In this document: in pieces, positions 43,493 through 57,150 of the stretch | Layout: each line of letters begins with the position of its first letter | How positions within the stretch are numbered: position 1 is the stretch's first letter | Assembly: GCA_964036045.1 (NCBI GenBank) | Contig: OZ038378.1 | Coordinates: 200,012,001-200,076,000 of the forward strand | Length of the DNA: 64,000 bases | Source: Eutreptiella sp. 'Long Island Sound 2002' | Lineage: Eukaryota > Protista > Euglenida | Direction of reading: 5' to 3' | Notes under the pieces: model-generated | Told to the model about the DNA's origin: nothing | Databases searched by the model: none | Seen by the model: the letters and a program-made list of their open reading frames with translations, nothing else | Translations under genes and position numbers: made by a program

Positions 43493-46400
43493 ACATGCTC
43501 ACTAGTGTCTCCACTCAGGCCGATGAAGATTTGCTGTCTCAAGGCCCCGGTAACTGTATCGCTCAAACCTCCATGTCACAGCAAGAAGTATTGGGCTTCC
43601 GCTCTTTTTCGGCAGTCCCGTTACACATCCAGCGGCAAGTCCTCCATACGATTGCAGGTACATATGTTTGGTACAACCACGGGGGCCTGGTGACCTCCAA
43701 TCATCCTTCGATTAGGGCACACACACTGTTGGCCAATAACCCAAACCACAATCCACATTGTGTTGCTCAATGGGCCGATTTACGCACCATGACTCACGGT
43801 GTACATGACGCAATGAACAGAGTTCCTAGCACACTGAGCCAGCACTGGTTTTGGGGTCTGGACTCTGATCACAACCACTACATCATACACGGTATTAGCA
43901 GTAATAGCAGCACCCAGGAGGGCCTGGGGGAAATCAAGCACGCTAGACACACGTGGTCATTGTACACAACACCTGGAGTTTATACCCACCTGGACGCGCT
44001 GCAATGTTTGCGGCTGCATCTACTTTTTGAAGACTACGGGTCCAGCCACATACGTTTACTCAACATCAAGCGGGCCGTTGGCATACGCAGTGCGCTCACC
44101 GTGCAGATGTCTATAGCAATGGAGGCTAAAACCTTTGGTAAGTGGGCAGCGCTGATGCAACAACGCAACACCTACTTCCCCTTCGCTACACATAAGGCAC
44201 TGAGAGAAGTGCGCTGCCTTTCTTATGTGCATCACTGGAGAGCTAGTGTGACTCTGTGTGCTTTCGTCATCTACGATGTGTACCATATCACATTTGGTCT
44301 GCTGTATAAAGGCCAGACCCACATGGCCCCCATCCAGCACTTAAGGAAACATATGACTGACGCGGCTGCATCCGTGGATGGTTCCTCCCTTCACATGTAC
44401 ATGCAAAGGGCTGATCCTGAGGGATGGGGCATAGTGGTCCTGGGATATGTACAAGGTAAGTGGTGGGCAGGATTGCGTGAACGTCACTGGTGGTTTATGC
44501 TTAGACGTTGGGCTGTAAACGATGTACCCCTAGGAATTCCTCAAGAGGGGGCGGAACGACAGAACAACTGGATGAACCAAAGAGTACTGCGGCTCATTAA
44601 AGAAATAAAACAGGCACAACATGACGCAGACCACGCGCGAGCCAAAGCGATGCGCGCAAAGCTTACCGACTTGGCTGCAGATTTGCACATTCCTCTGGTG
44701 CATGGTGCCACAGTGCAAGTTCCTAATGTCACCCCCCCCCCCCCACAGAAAACAGCCATTCTTCGTGTCATGCGGTACATTTTGAGGTCCTCACCACACA
44801 AAGCGTGGGGAAAAAAGGCCATCAAGGAAGTGATGCGCGTCGTCTGCAGTCCTCACACGGTCCAGAGTATTTTCAGTAAGCATGCAACCAAGATGGATTG
44901 GGCTCAAAAGCCACCAGACTCACGTGTACTCGGCACCCAGCCACAGTACAGCAATATGGCACTATTACTGACACTGACGGGCATGTGGCCCTTATACCTG
45001 TTTCTGTGTATGACGTTCAAGGTAGAGCATTCCGGCCGAAAGACTCCCTTTCCATACCAGACACACATGCACGCAATGCGGCTGTGAAAGCCATTCAAGC
45101 GTTCGCTAAACAAGTCAATGGCACATGCCCAAACCTCGACTGTATGCTCCCCCCCCCCAAGCTCTTTCCGTGCACCAGGGACACCTTGAAGCGAGTGCAG
45201 CAGGTCTCACAGAAGCTGAGTGCCGACTTTTATGTACACATCATAGATAAAGGGGCGGGTGTGCTTGGGGGTTTCTGCAAACACTGGGTGTGGCAGCACG
45301 TTGCGGAGTTCCTAACAAAAGGAGGGTACCAGGCAGTGCAGGGATCTGCTAAAGACTTCATGCTCCCTGATGTTGTCGCTTTTCTTGCCCGGTCCAGCCC
45401 ACTGTGCATGTGGTGTACCGACCAAACAATTTCATTCATGCACTACCGTCGTTTACTGCTAAGCCAGGCTGATGCTTGTTCCATATGTTGCTGGATATCC
45501 GCAGGCTGGACAAAGTTGAGCCGTTCCTTGCAGTCCAGTTTGGTCACAGTGTGCAGCCCCTGCCCCCCCGCCCAGTGGAACCATGCGGCGAGATCTGTCA
45601 CTCGTAGCCGGAGAATGGAAAACGGTAGCTCCACCGTGAGATACTTGAGGAAACGTGAAAATGCTCGTGCGGCAACCTGGAGTTGGGATCGACTAACAAT
45701 CGGTGAGGGAGATGCCGCTATAGGGCGCCAGAGCCAGCCTTTACCAGCCCAGAGGCTCTTGGCTTTGCCTATTATGTACAATCTGCAGAGTTTTGCACGC
45801 TTACTCCGAGCCCAGCCCAGCTCTTCCACCAGCTGAGCAACCTTGTTCAGGTATGTTATGCATGAGCAGTTGTGTTCAATTGTGGGCCACAAGCTGAAAA
45901 ACAACAATGCCTACTGGGCAGCAGGGCGGGTCTGGGTGCGCACAAACTGCATCCCAATGGGAGGGCCTTTCAGTGCGCAAGGCGCTGACATCCACTCGCT
46001 GTGGCAGGCCTACCAGCACCGCGGGCATTTTCGACAGATTGGGACTCTGACTGTCTCTCATGAGGGTTTTCCTATGTGGGAGGGGCGCTGGGGAAGAGAG
46101 GCAATGTGCCAGTTCCAGGACAACATATTAATTGCAATTGGCTGCCCACCCAGTAAACAAGCGTCACTTATCCTGGAAAATTGGTGATATTTTGAAAGCT
46201 GCGTGGTGTTTAGAGGTGGAATGCAACTGCATCACGCCGCATCAGACAAAGTGCATAGGGCACTGTTTGTGCCCCTGTCAGGAAGGGAGTGGGGGTCGTA
46301 ATGACTCTGCACCCAGCAGGGGAGGGCTGTGCGTTTATTGAACCAGCAGCACTGAAACCAGACTGGTCCCTGCAATTGCAGGCACCACTGATGTCCCCGA

Positions 46401-46912
46401 GTTTTGCATACCAAGGGTACCTGGGAAACATCATGACCAGTGTGTTGAAAAATGGTATCCCCTGGACCTGTACCTGGCTGGGACAGATCCTGTCAGCGCT
46501 GGCGTGGGTGCAGTTAATGCATGTAATGTTGTTGTCTGCGTACAGGAAATTAGTGGCAATGAGGGCTATACACAAAAGGATACGCCGAGCATATGAAACA
46601 AGCCCACACGCAGTACAGGCGACAGTGAAGTGTGTCCACTCAATAGTGCACCATATGCCTGCCAAACGATGCGTCATTCTGCACAAAGTAAAAGCATGGC
46701 TGGAGAAACATGCAGTGTGGGAGGGCAACCAATACACATCATGGGTACTTCCACCGGACCTCACCATCGATGGTATTAATGGAGCTTGGATCAACGATAT
46801 CCCTTGCCTGGAACTCCTAAAGCGAGCAACCTGTGATAGGGAGGAATGCTTGTGTCAACAGCAGCCCAATGTGTGTGTGTGTAGTGCACCGGTGACGGTG
46901 TACTTCAGCTGA
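43493..46912 (+). mobile_element. Penelope-like retroelement with N-terminal GIY-YIG endonuclease and RT (disrupted)
   Basis: GIY-YIG: FVIYDVYHITFGLLYKGQT...RKH...RERHWW...AVN (about 44263-44520). RT: HIIDKGAG, LYIIGKAK...WRPIAA and LDCKE (these two on the inverted piece), RTNCIPMGGPFS, and QFQDNILI. Frameshifts near 45.0 and 46.2 kb. Confidence 0.75.
45363..45847 (-). other. 485-bp internal inversion containing the first RT motifs
   Basis: The minus strand encodes NKVAQLVEELGW...LYIIGKAK...RPIAA...LDCKE. Re-inverting the segment joins KDFM|NKVAQ and TTSG-S|RYVMHEQ in frame. Confidence 0.85.
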
Positions 46913-47280
46913 ACATAAGTCTCTGTGAAACCCAAACATGAGGTCGATACTCAGTGGGCCACACTCCTCGGGGGGCTGAAGTGGTGCAGGGCACAGGGAG
47001 GTGAGGTGCTGGTTCTTACCCTCACAACGTGCAGGCAGCTCTGATGCTGTCATCTGTTCGTTCTTTGCTGCAGGCCTCTGGCTGCGTCCAAGACGCCAGA
47101 GGCTATATTCGATTTGCTGGCCTTCACCTGGGGTCTGAGCATCCTCGTCTCCGCTCCCTGTACTGCAGAAAGGCGCCTATTGGCATCAGACATTCTCTGT
47201 TTGTCTTGTCTGATGACCAGCTGACGAGGATTTTTACTCAGCCAACCACGCTTTGTGCTGCGCTTTCGCAAATTGTGTGG

Positions 47281-47313
<33 letters not shown>

Positions 47314-48399
47314 CGCCATTGCCAAGGCCCGCAAAGAGCGTTTTAGGTGCCAACCCAGGTGAAGCAGGGCTCCCAGAAGACTCCACTATGAGCCTGACAC
47401 TTGCACTGCAGAAGGCAGACAACGGGTCTCGTCTCATTTTTTAGATGCGATGGATTCAGAATTTGAAAGCTTGTCTTATTTCCTTTAGATGGTTTCATCT
47501 TTCACCGAAAACACATGGAGTTTGTCTTTAAACAACACGTTTTCGCCTGAAAAAAGAGACAGTTGAAAAATCAATTGTCTCTCATTTTAAATCATTTTTT
47601 TAAAATTTGGATCTGGGGGGGGAAACAGTTTGCAGGGTAAATTGGCGCTTCTTCTGTGCACATATGGCCCATGGCAGCTTGTGAACTTCATGTTGGGGGG
47701 GGCCTATTGCATGTCTGTTGACATAAATAATGCTATTGTATCAAACACTCAAACACGTGGGCATGCCGCTGGTTACAGGGGTATATAGGTACCAAGGTGG
47801 ATGAATTTTGTGCATCTGCAAGAAATGCGACTGTGCTGTGACAGTCATCATGAGTACGCCGGGCTGGGCACTGCACAGCATTTGATGGCTTCTGTGCAAA
47901 TTGTTAATCTTGCTCACCTGTGATCAGATGTGCTATTGGGGGCAGATTGGTTGTCATCAGTTGGTGTTGACTGGGGAGCCGGACACACCAACCCCCACCA
48001 TCGGCAGCCGAATTCGGCCGACTTCGCCAATTTGTTCTGCCAGTTCGTTGGGTTTCTGGAATTTTGCCGGTTATTTCTGCCAATTTGTTGGGGTTTGTGA
48101 GATTCTGGGACACCTGACTCACTTCACTGGCAGGAGGCGCAACTTTAAGATGTGGATCATTTATTTTGGGATACTGGACAGTTCATGTCCTTTTATATGA
48201 GACTCCTGTGTGCATTTGTCTTCTTGTGGCCTATGTTTGTGCATGAAAAAAAAACAATTTTCATGCACATCATCAAATTGATCACCAGTGATGCTGTAAT
48301 GGGACGCCTGTGTGCATTCAGCTTCTTCCGGCAGGCTTTGTTTGTGCATGAAAAAACAATTTTCTCATCAGATTGACTACTGCAGGAGAGGTGACACAT

Positions 48400-49270
48400 T
48401 TTTTGCATTGTGAAATCCCAGCTTGTGAACAGAGTACCATGGAGAAATATATTCAAACACGAGGCAGATCGGTCGAGTGCCCTCTGTGCACCAATGCTGG
48501 TAACAGGCATATGTACAATCCGAACGCCATCTAAGGCATTGAAAATCACCTGGAATACACTTGGTGCTGGAATCCCTTCATCTGTGTAACCTACTGGTGA
48601 TGTTGAGGGGATGAAAGGCACAGCCAGAATCAAGTTAGCCTGCGGTATTCAATCAGGATGCAGAGTGAATGAAGCAAGTGGTGATTTGTTTGTGTTCCCT
48701 CTTTTGAAGTGCTGGAGATTCCGAAATTCCTTGCAGCGCACTGCTTTTGGTTCAGTATACTGCACTGTTGTTGGAGGTTCTGAAATTAGACCGGGAGCAC
48801 TGGAAGTTAGGGCACCTCTCTGTAGCGGAGAAGTCTGCAACCTCATTGCTGCCATGTGAATTTGCTTGAACAATTGGTGTGGAGTTCTTTGCTCTTGTCG
48901 CAGAATGCCGTAGGAGTCGAAGGCATGAAATTTTTGGCGAGCAAGAAATGCTACCAGAGACAGAGGGATCAGTCTACGGACAAAATGTGGTTTTTCACCC
49001 TCTGATGCCTTAGTGAACAAGGAATGCACGGCGCTTCGTACCTCAGGTGGCCATGCCTCAATGAAGATCTGTTGTCTTGGTTTGCAGGCCATGCAGGAGG
49101 CCATGACTGATGTGGGGTCCATGAGATGCCAACAGGAGCGTTGGGGACATACATATGCATGCATATCATAGTGTGGACTGTAGGATGAGACCGAATAAAT
49201 GGTGGTAACCCATTTAAAGTTAGCTGGAGATTTGTTGAAGTTTGCTGACAGCCATTGGAACTTGGAGGAG
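48400..49270 (-). pseudogene. Unassigned minus-strand coding remnant
   Basis: Long protein-like frames (...SCMACKPRQQIFIEAWPPEVRSAVHSLF...; ...AVPFIPSTSPVGYTDEGIPAP...) interrupted by a stop. No family recognised. Confidence 0.25.
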
Positions 49271-49336
49271 ATGTGGATGTCGATGTGATTATGTCGTGGG
49301 TATGAGCATGGATGTGTACACAGTAGATGGATATGC

Positions 49337-49338
<2 letters not shown>

Positions 49339-49403
<65 letters not shown>

Positions 49404-49414
49404 TAGAGAGAGAG
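49339..49414. repeat. (GA)n microsatellite
   Basis: Directly visible in the sequence. Confidence 0.98.
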
Positions 49415-49519
49415 CTATGGTTGGTTCTGATTGACTGAATTGCCCCAATATGCATAGATATCAAGGTTGGGTGGAAGTTGCAGCCTTAGCACTGAGCACG
49501 CCTTTTTGACTGATTTATA

Positions 49520-51590
49520 AGTTGGACAAAATGCATACAAATCGCAGCGAAGAGATACATTGTGCTGTGCTGTGCAATGCCTGAGGTGAAGAGTGTACAA
49601 GTCAAGGTCGTGCAAAGTACCAAACACCCAGGAGTGAACAAGCTGCAGTGCTCATGTACGTGCTCACGCAAAGCACACGGAGAATCTTGCATACCCCCCC
49701 CGTTTGTATAAGCTCTGCTCTACTCTGCTTTGGTGGCATTCTTCGGCTTGTCCCTAGTAGGAGAGATTGCTTTTACTTAAAACGTGGGTTCTGCCGGTGC
49801 TACTGCTCACGGCCAGGACCTATAGAGCAACTGGGCAGGAAGAGCGTTCCCTCAAGGTGGTGTTTAACACAGCACTAGGCTTTGATAGCTGGGGCACTAC
49901 GTTGTCCCAAGCGTCCCTCCATCCTGATGATGGGGGATTCTCTTTACCCCCCCCGACACCTGGCTCAAGGTGCAGGCGGGACTGGCCTTTGCGGCATTTG
50001 TTCAGAATCAGTCAGTCATGCCGAGCTTCGTACGATTAAAATTTCAAGCATGGGCTACCAAATTCGTGTTTCATGGCACCTGAGGTCCCTGCCTTTTCTG
50101 CAGCTAGGTCCGATCCCATATTCTACAATGGGATTTTTGGCCCAATCCTTAAAGTCATATTCACAAGCCAGACACTATGTCATCGATGGTGCCCCGGAAG
50201 GGGCAAACAACAGGGAACTCCCACTGTGGCACTCAGCTATTTTCCGCAATTCAGACAATCTCACTTACTACTGCCCTGCATTAATTCGTAAAGGTGTCAT
50301 GTGCATATCAGACTTGTTTGATACAAACTTCTGCCCTCATCAGGACCTACTGCCCAAAATCGGCATCACCTGGCGTGAGGTGTACACCTCGTCTATCAAG
50401 CAGTTCTGCCAGTTGATGCCCACCGATTGGTCCATACCATCGGTTTGGGTGGGGAGCTGGGGTAAATCCGCCTCTCTGAAAAAAATTATCGCCTATGCCT
50501 TATGTGCCCCGTAGACAACCTAGTTCTGTCTGGAAACCTTTCTGGGCCTCGCGGCTCCCGCCTCTTCTCGAAGATTCCACCTATCAAGCTCTTTGGGCAA
50601 AGCTCAAAGTGGGGGATCGACTCCTAAACTGGACTAAATTCCCATGGTGTCCATTCTGTGCTAACCTCCAAACGGTAGAGCATGCATTGTTCCACTGCAG
50701 GTTTCATGCCATGGCGTGGGATACCATTGATTACTGTTGGGGTCCCTCGTATGTAGAGGGCGTTAGCTACGCGGTGAGGGCGTTGCCCCTCAAGCACTCA
50801 TTTTCTCTCCCACAGGGCATCGCTAAGTGGGCCGCCCAGGCGGCCCACTGGTCGCTTCGCAATCAAGCAAAAAATGGATTCTCTACCCCTTCCCTTGAGC
50901 ACTTCGTGGCTCAGCGGATAAGGGTCCTCTCTCAGCCCATCCTCTGGGAACCCTTACAGTCCCTCAGTGCTCCCTTAACGCAGTTCCATGATGTTGTGGC
51001 CACGCTAGCCCAATCTGGAATACTACCTGGGGTAGCCATAAATGCCATTTATGATGACACCTCCGTGCAGTCTGCCAGAGCAGTCAAAAACAAAAGGTAC
51101 AAGCTCGCAAGCAACAATTTGCAATCGAGGCCAAGCATATCTTAGCTGAACTTGAGCATGAGGGATGGATATTGGCTTTCACGGACGGCTCCGCCAAACA
51201 ACACCCTAAGGTTGGGTGGGTGGCTGGGTATGGGTGTGTTGTGATGGGGGCCTGAGAAGCCAAGGGGTTCCTACCCCCCAACTCGGCCCAGACCAACAAT
51301 AGAGCTGAACTTTTGGCAGTGATCACTGTCCTGGAACATTTCTTGTTACAAACGCCTGGCTGTTGTCATGGACTCGCAGTATGTATACGACGGCCTCCGC
51401 GTATCTGCATTCAGGTGGCGCACGGCGGGATGGGTTGGACAGTCAAGACCGGTATGCAATGTTGATCTTTGGATATGAGCCCTCAATCTAGTAGACAAAG
51501 TCTCGGCCACAGTTAAGTGGCTACGGGTGCCCAGTCACACTGACATCCCAGGTAACGAGAGGGCAGATGTCTTGGCGGAGGAGGGCAAGG
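49520..51590 (+). mobile_element. 5'-truncated L1/Tx1-like LINE with zf-RVT and C-terminal RNase H (inactivated)
   Basis: Post-RT motifs LHPDDGGFSLP and PLWHSAIF...GVMCISDLF. zf-RVT WCPFCANLQTVEHALFHC. RNase H motifs FTDGS (51178), TNNRAEL, DSQYV, WRTAGW, NVDLW and VPSHTDIPGNERAD. Multiple stops and frameshifts. Confidence 0.85.
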
Positions 51591-52273
51591 TAAGCTCACC
51601 TCTTTATCATGTTTTGTCCTTGCCAAATAGGCCAGTTGTCAGCTTAGAGCTACCCTCAACCCCCACCCCAAGAAGGGCCCCGGCGGTCCCAGGCTCCCTT
51701 GAGCTTCACGGTGTCATCACCCCCTCAGGAGACACCCCCTCCCTATGCAGAGCACAATAATCATGAAATGCCGAGGATTTCCAGACGACTCAATTGCTCA
51801 GAGTCACAAAACCCACTATCCAGCTCAGAGGAACAGATATCATCTCATACAGTCAGTCTAAAATCAGACACATCCTCATCTGATGGGCACGTTGGCTCGG
51901 GCGACGTCTCAGCCCGTAGCTCAACGACAACCGCTAGTCAAGGTGATTCACATGGCACTATCAGCACAAATTCTTCTGACACACCGTTGACTGCAAGCTT
52001 GCACGATTTTGACATTGTGGATGACCCACAGAACACCTGGGAAAGCCTGGGGCTTGTGGAGTTGGATACTCCGGCCCGGCCGAGACAGCGTCGTAGGCTG
52101 AACACACCCAGCACAAACGTGAGCACACGATCCTACCTTAACAGCCCACAGGTCCCTTATTCCTCTAGCTGCCACACGCCGGTGGCAGATTCGGACTAGT
52201 GAGTGCAGAGCCCCTCCCTTGAGGTATTGTCCTGTCAGGTTTGAACTATTTTTACACCAGATAGCATAAGAGG

Positions 52274-52344
52274 CATGGACAGTCTAGTGGTATGCGCCAT
52301 GGGTGGCGCTCGTCGTCGTTGGGGGTTGGAACCCCGGTTCGTCC
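52274..52344 (+). other. tRNA-Pro-like degenerate sequence (possible SINE head) near the LINE 3' region
   Basis: A-box-like AGTCTAGTGGTATG, hairpin GCGCC-ATGGGT-GGCGC, and B-box-like GGGGTTGGAACCCC. Confidence 0.3.
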
Positions 52345-54638
52345 GTCCGTCTAGGGGCCTGTTGGCGAGGTCCCCGCCACCGCCCCCTTCAACATCCCCC
52401 TCCACCATCGGTACCGCTGGTGGATGGGTGGCGTGTCTTGTCCTCGTAGTTTTCTTTATGTCCAATCCAGATATCACAGGTATTATGACCAGTCCAGAAG
52501 ATCATAGCACATAGCAAAAACAAGGCACCAAGCACAACACACCTGCAGCAGTGCCCCCCGTCATAGGTACCATCGGCCGACGGGAGCCGCATATCCTCCT
52601 CGTATTCCCCTTGGGGGATTCGAACTGGCGTCTTCGGGGCAGCAGCCGGCCGCACAGCCGCTGCAGTACGAGGCCCAAAACTCATCTTACAAGCTGCCAA
52701 CTCTCAACAAGCCAGTGTCGCTGTCTGGTCACAAGTCAAGCAGAGCCCCCTCACACACAGCCAATTCGCTTTGAAGCACGTAGATTTTGGGGATGTTTGT
52801 GCATTACATTTCCCCTTACATTTCCCCTTTCTTGCACCAGCTCACCATGCAATCCTCTCTTTTTGAACCAGGGCGCCCGGTGTTGTATGTGTGGCGCGCA
52901 AGCTACGCCCGTGTCCAAGCTACAGTAGGCGTAGGGACCGTATTAATTTGGGACATTGGCGTAGCTTATACAAGGGGGGGGGGGGGTAGTTCCCTGTGTT
53001 ATTCACAACATGCACGCGATTTCTCCGTCTTGGATGTCACTTTCGACAGGGGCGTACATCAAAACGTCCTGTGTTTTATGTGGTACGTGTTGTGTGCTGC
53101 GCAGTACGGCTCTCTGTGCCATGCACAGGCATCCTCCGGACAGTCTTTGTAAAGATACCCAAGCAACAGTGCCCCCAGCGCACCCTTGGGATGTCAGATT
53201 TTCACCTCCGGAGAGGGAGGGGGGGGGGGGGTACAGGCCCCACAAATGTGCAGTGGGATGCACTGACAGAAAGCTTTGGTCAAGCACCTTCTGGGGGCTC
53301 AGACAAAAGGTACCCGTTTAGGGCATCGGGAAGGGATTTTTTTTTGGTTTGGTACCACCCCCCCCCCCGTCCATCCCTGTCCATCCCTGGGGGGGGGGGG
53401 GTCACTTGGCCCATGAGCAATAATAAATCAATAATAAATCACAGGCGCCGAAGAAAAATTTGTAGTTGGTGGTTGGGTATACTAGATTTCAGGTTACTGT
53501 CGTGTGGTGCTCGTCCCCCCGGGGGTGGGGGCAACCGTCATTTGGTGACAGTTTTCCCCAGGGTGGGGGAGAACCGTCGTCCCTGGGGGAGGGTTTCCAT
53601 TAGGGGGCGGGGGGGACAGTTTAGTATTTTAGTGGACAATTACTTTCCCCCCCCCAATGTGCTAATGAGGGTTTTTTCCCTAATACCCAATGCTGCACCC
53701 TGTTTCACGGTAGAGATATTTGGGGAGTTCTATCCCAATGTCAAGTGCCATGGGCCATCAAGCCGCTGTTGCAGTAGGAGGGGTGGGGGCGCCTAGGTTC
53801 CCAGCAAAAGGTACTTGTTAGTGCATTGGGCACCGGGAATGTACACTGGTGCACGCTTTCCTAGATACCCCATCCCTGTTGCGCCAACCAGTGCCTTTTG
53901 CCACGCACCAGGTTAGGGCATCGGACAGTGGAGGTCGAGTGTGCAATTTTTTCATTCAGGCATCCCCTGCCCCGTGCGATACCACGTATTTTGGGTTCCT
54001 CCCTCACTTTTCGACCATTTGTCGCTGGCTGTAAAAGGTCCCGTGAGGAAAGGTACCCGGCGGCTATATGCTCTTTCTTTGTTTGTTTCTTGTTTGTGCC
54101 TCTTCGTGGATATGTGTCTAGAAAGTTTGTCCCTGGCAAGAATAGCAAAAGCGTCACCATTATCGGTGGCGATTTCATGCTCTTTTCCCCTCCTCCTGAT
54201 GGCACTGCGCCTGGACCTTTTGGTAGGACGTTTGCACGCATACCCCTTGTTTTAGACCGAAATGCCCCCGCCGGGCGCTGGCCTAAGTGCTATCTAGTTC
54301 TTGTGTTAGGAACCCTCATACCGTAAGTGCTATGTGACCCCCCCCCTTTGCACATGAACGGCCTTGTCTGAGCACGGGGACCCCATCTAATCGTCGTTTT
54401 TCTGGTTTTTTCTGACACCGGTTTTCGTGGTCAGAAATGCCATTTTTTCTGAGCCCAAAACCTTTGGAGTGAGGATGTTGCATCCGCCAAGGGCACTCCT
54501 GTGACTGATTCACGAGTGAACAAAGCGGAAACGACAGAAACGAAAACCATTGGAAGCACACCAAGAACGGGGGAGGCCATGGTGCATGCAATACTTGTGT
54601 TCCACCCTCCCGCTGCTGCTGCACCCGGCATGACACAG

Positions 54639-54876
54639 AGGACGGGTGCTGCTCCGCAAATACCAGTCGTTGTGTTCGGCGGGGCGCGCCGGCATGTCCA
54701 AATTGCAGCACATGCTGCACGAGCAGCAGGAGGACTTGGCGGGTCGAGAGCAGGGGTTTCAGCAGTTCCACGGCTCCATCGCCCATTCCCGGGTCAATGT
54801 CCCCGGGTACGTCGCACTGCCGGAGCTGACGAAGATGGAGGACAAGGATATGGAGTGGTTGCAGCTGGTGCAGCAG
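54639..54876 (+). CDS. Unknown host gene, exon A (5' boundary tentative)
   Basis: G/C-ending codons encoding LLRKYQSL...EWLQLVQQ. Donor CAG|GTGCCC, phase 0. Confidence 0.6.
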
Positions 54877-56449
54877 GTGCCCTCTGTGCCATTCTGCCCT
54901 GCAGGCCTTTGTCTGTGGCCTTCCATCCGTCTTGTGAAGGCCTGACCCAGCCCCTCCGGTATGCAAAGTCAAAGGCGGCCCCCCTTCATTGCCATGGCGG
55001 TGCGGCACACACCCCATGTTTGGTGGTGCCCCACAGTGACAATCGCGGATAGAGGGCGGGTTGCGTGTGCATGCGAATGCCCAAAGATGCGCAGGAGGGG
55101 GTCGCACTTCACCACTCGTACGGTGGTCCAATCGAACCAGCAAAGTAGGGTCACGTATTCACATGCATTGGGGGTCCGGGCGGTCCTTGCGGCCCGTCCG
55201 TGACTCCAGCCTGATCTCCAATCCGTTCGCATCGGGGCTCTTTCCCAACCCCCCCAAATGTCGCCCAACCGCGACTCACTATCCATCGCGGGTGTCGGGA
55301 ATTGCAGCCCCGGGGTGCTCATGCTGAGCCGCAGACCGCGGACAAACGTTCCATGGCTTGGGCGTGTCCACATGGAGGACGACCACCATAACCAGAACCT
55401 TGCCCATCTTTTGGAAGTACAAACCTCATGCAGGATCCCTCCAGGGAGTGTCAGGGACTCCGATATGGCCAGGGTTGTGCGGCCACGTCACTGGGGGTGA
55501 AAAGAAGCACAATATTCGATAGAAGGCCATGGACTAAACCACCCATCCCATATCTCCACGGCGTTCATGCAGGTGGGAACTGTTGAATGACGGCATCCAA
55601 CCCCCCCTCCTTTTCCCCAGCTGGTCAAGGGTAGCAGACCAGGCTGCCGACCTCTCACAGTTCTTTCAAACCCGCCCTCTTCACCCCGGACTCAATGGTG
55701 GGCACCCACCCCCCTATCCCACGTACGTACACCTGGAAGTACCAACCGGCAAACTCGGTCAGCTGTTTATACCACCCGCACGGTGGGACTTCAGCTGCTG
55801 AACGCAGGAATTAGAGTATTGATCGCTGTTTTCACTCAGCCTTCAGCCTTTCTTGTGCTCCTGTAGCACACTGGAATGCCTAGGGGCGCGGCAGTTCCCG
55901 CTGCATTTCCTGGTATCAGAATCAGGTTATCCTCGCTACGTCTCATGTCCGCTACCACCCCGCCTTGTGGGACAATTGTAGAATCGGACAACTCTGATCC
56001 TTGATTCCGAGAGATTTCTCGAGTGCCTGGTGAGCAGGCTTTGGCAGCTTGCCGTAGCCGGAATTCCGCAAAAAAACTTGGTGGTCCTGATTAGCACACA
56101 TTGTGGCAAACAGGGGCGTCCGCAGCAGGGGTTCAGCTGCTGAATGCAGGAAGTAAAGTATTGATTGCTGTGATCAATGCTGTCCGAACCGCCGGCAGTA
56201 GGTAAGAGGGTAACACTTGCGCACACCCCGTGTTATTGTTTTCTTGAATTACAATATCCTGAGCAGTGCTTCAGATTGACCTCCTTCACATCCTTGGGGG
56301 AGCACCTGACGCGGCGGCCACGCGGCAAGGAGATTAAGCTGTGTGGCCCGACCAAGCAGCTGTAGATTAACTGGTGGCTAGGCCGGTAGAGATATAATTT
56401 CCCTCCGCCATTAGGACAAGGGTTGGGGAAATTGATAATCCAGCAGGCA

Positions 56450-57150
56450 GACCCCAAACTACGATGGTGGTTGCTCCCAAGGGGCCAATTTAAGTATTTT
56501 CACCTTCGAAGGCGCCCGATAGGGCAAGACAGGCAAGACAGAGGGATGTTTGCACAGGTCTTGGACCCAAGGGTTTGCTCTCCTTAGCAGGCATTTTGGG
56601 AGCGGGTAAAAGGCAACCCATTCCGGGTAAGCCTGCTGTAAAAGTAGTGGCGGCGCGGCGCAGATACTCGCCCCTTGACCCCTGAATCCAGCGTGCCTTG
56701 TGTCCAAGAGCCCGAAGTTCAATTCCCACGGAGGGTACACACTTTGTACCGTTGTAAAGTGGTGACAGACACCGAGAAGCCTCCAGTCCAAGTCATGGGC
56801 AATGGTGGACGGAGGCAATCAATTGTTGCAGATGTCCATACCCCAGCACACTAGTAATGCTGCCCCCCTGCAGTGCCATATCCCGCCCTGTGTCATTTGG
56901 GCATTGCAGGCGGAGGTACAAAGGGGGCTAGGGAGTTGTGGGACTGGTTTGCTCGTGCAAACGGGAATCAGAGGTGTTGTGTTACAGCTCTTGCCAGAGT
57001 TGTATGTGTCACTGCCAAAGCAACCTTTCAGGCAGATGAGTGTTGTGGCCAACATAAGCTGGTTTTTGCTGAGAACAAAGAGTGTGCCTCCAAAAGGGTT
57101 GCGATGACCCTGTCCAGTGCCGGTTCTTTGTGACCTGCAGTGTTTGTGAC
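56450..57150 (-). pseudogene. Possible decayed LINE RT fragment in an intron
   Basis: Minus-strand QQKPAYVGHNTHL (KAYD-like), TQGGIWHCRGAALL..GMDI (QG-like), and IAHDLDWRLLGV. Confidence 0.25.

Noticed and set aside
52389-52700. Minus-strand ORF with a hydrophobic segment (CCRCVVLGALFLLCAMIFW)
   Set aside because: Short, with no splice or homology support.
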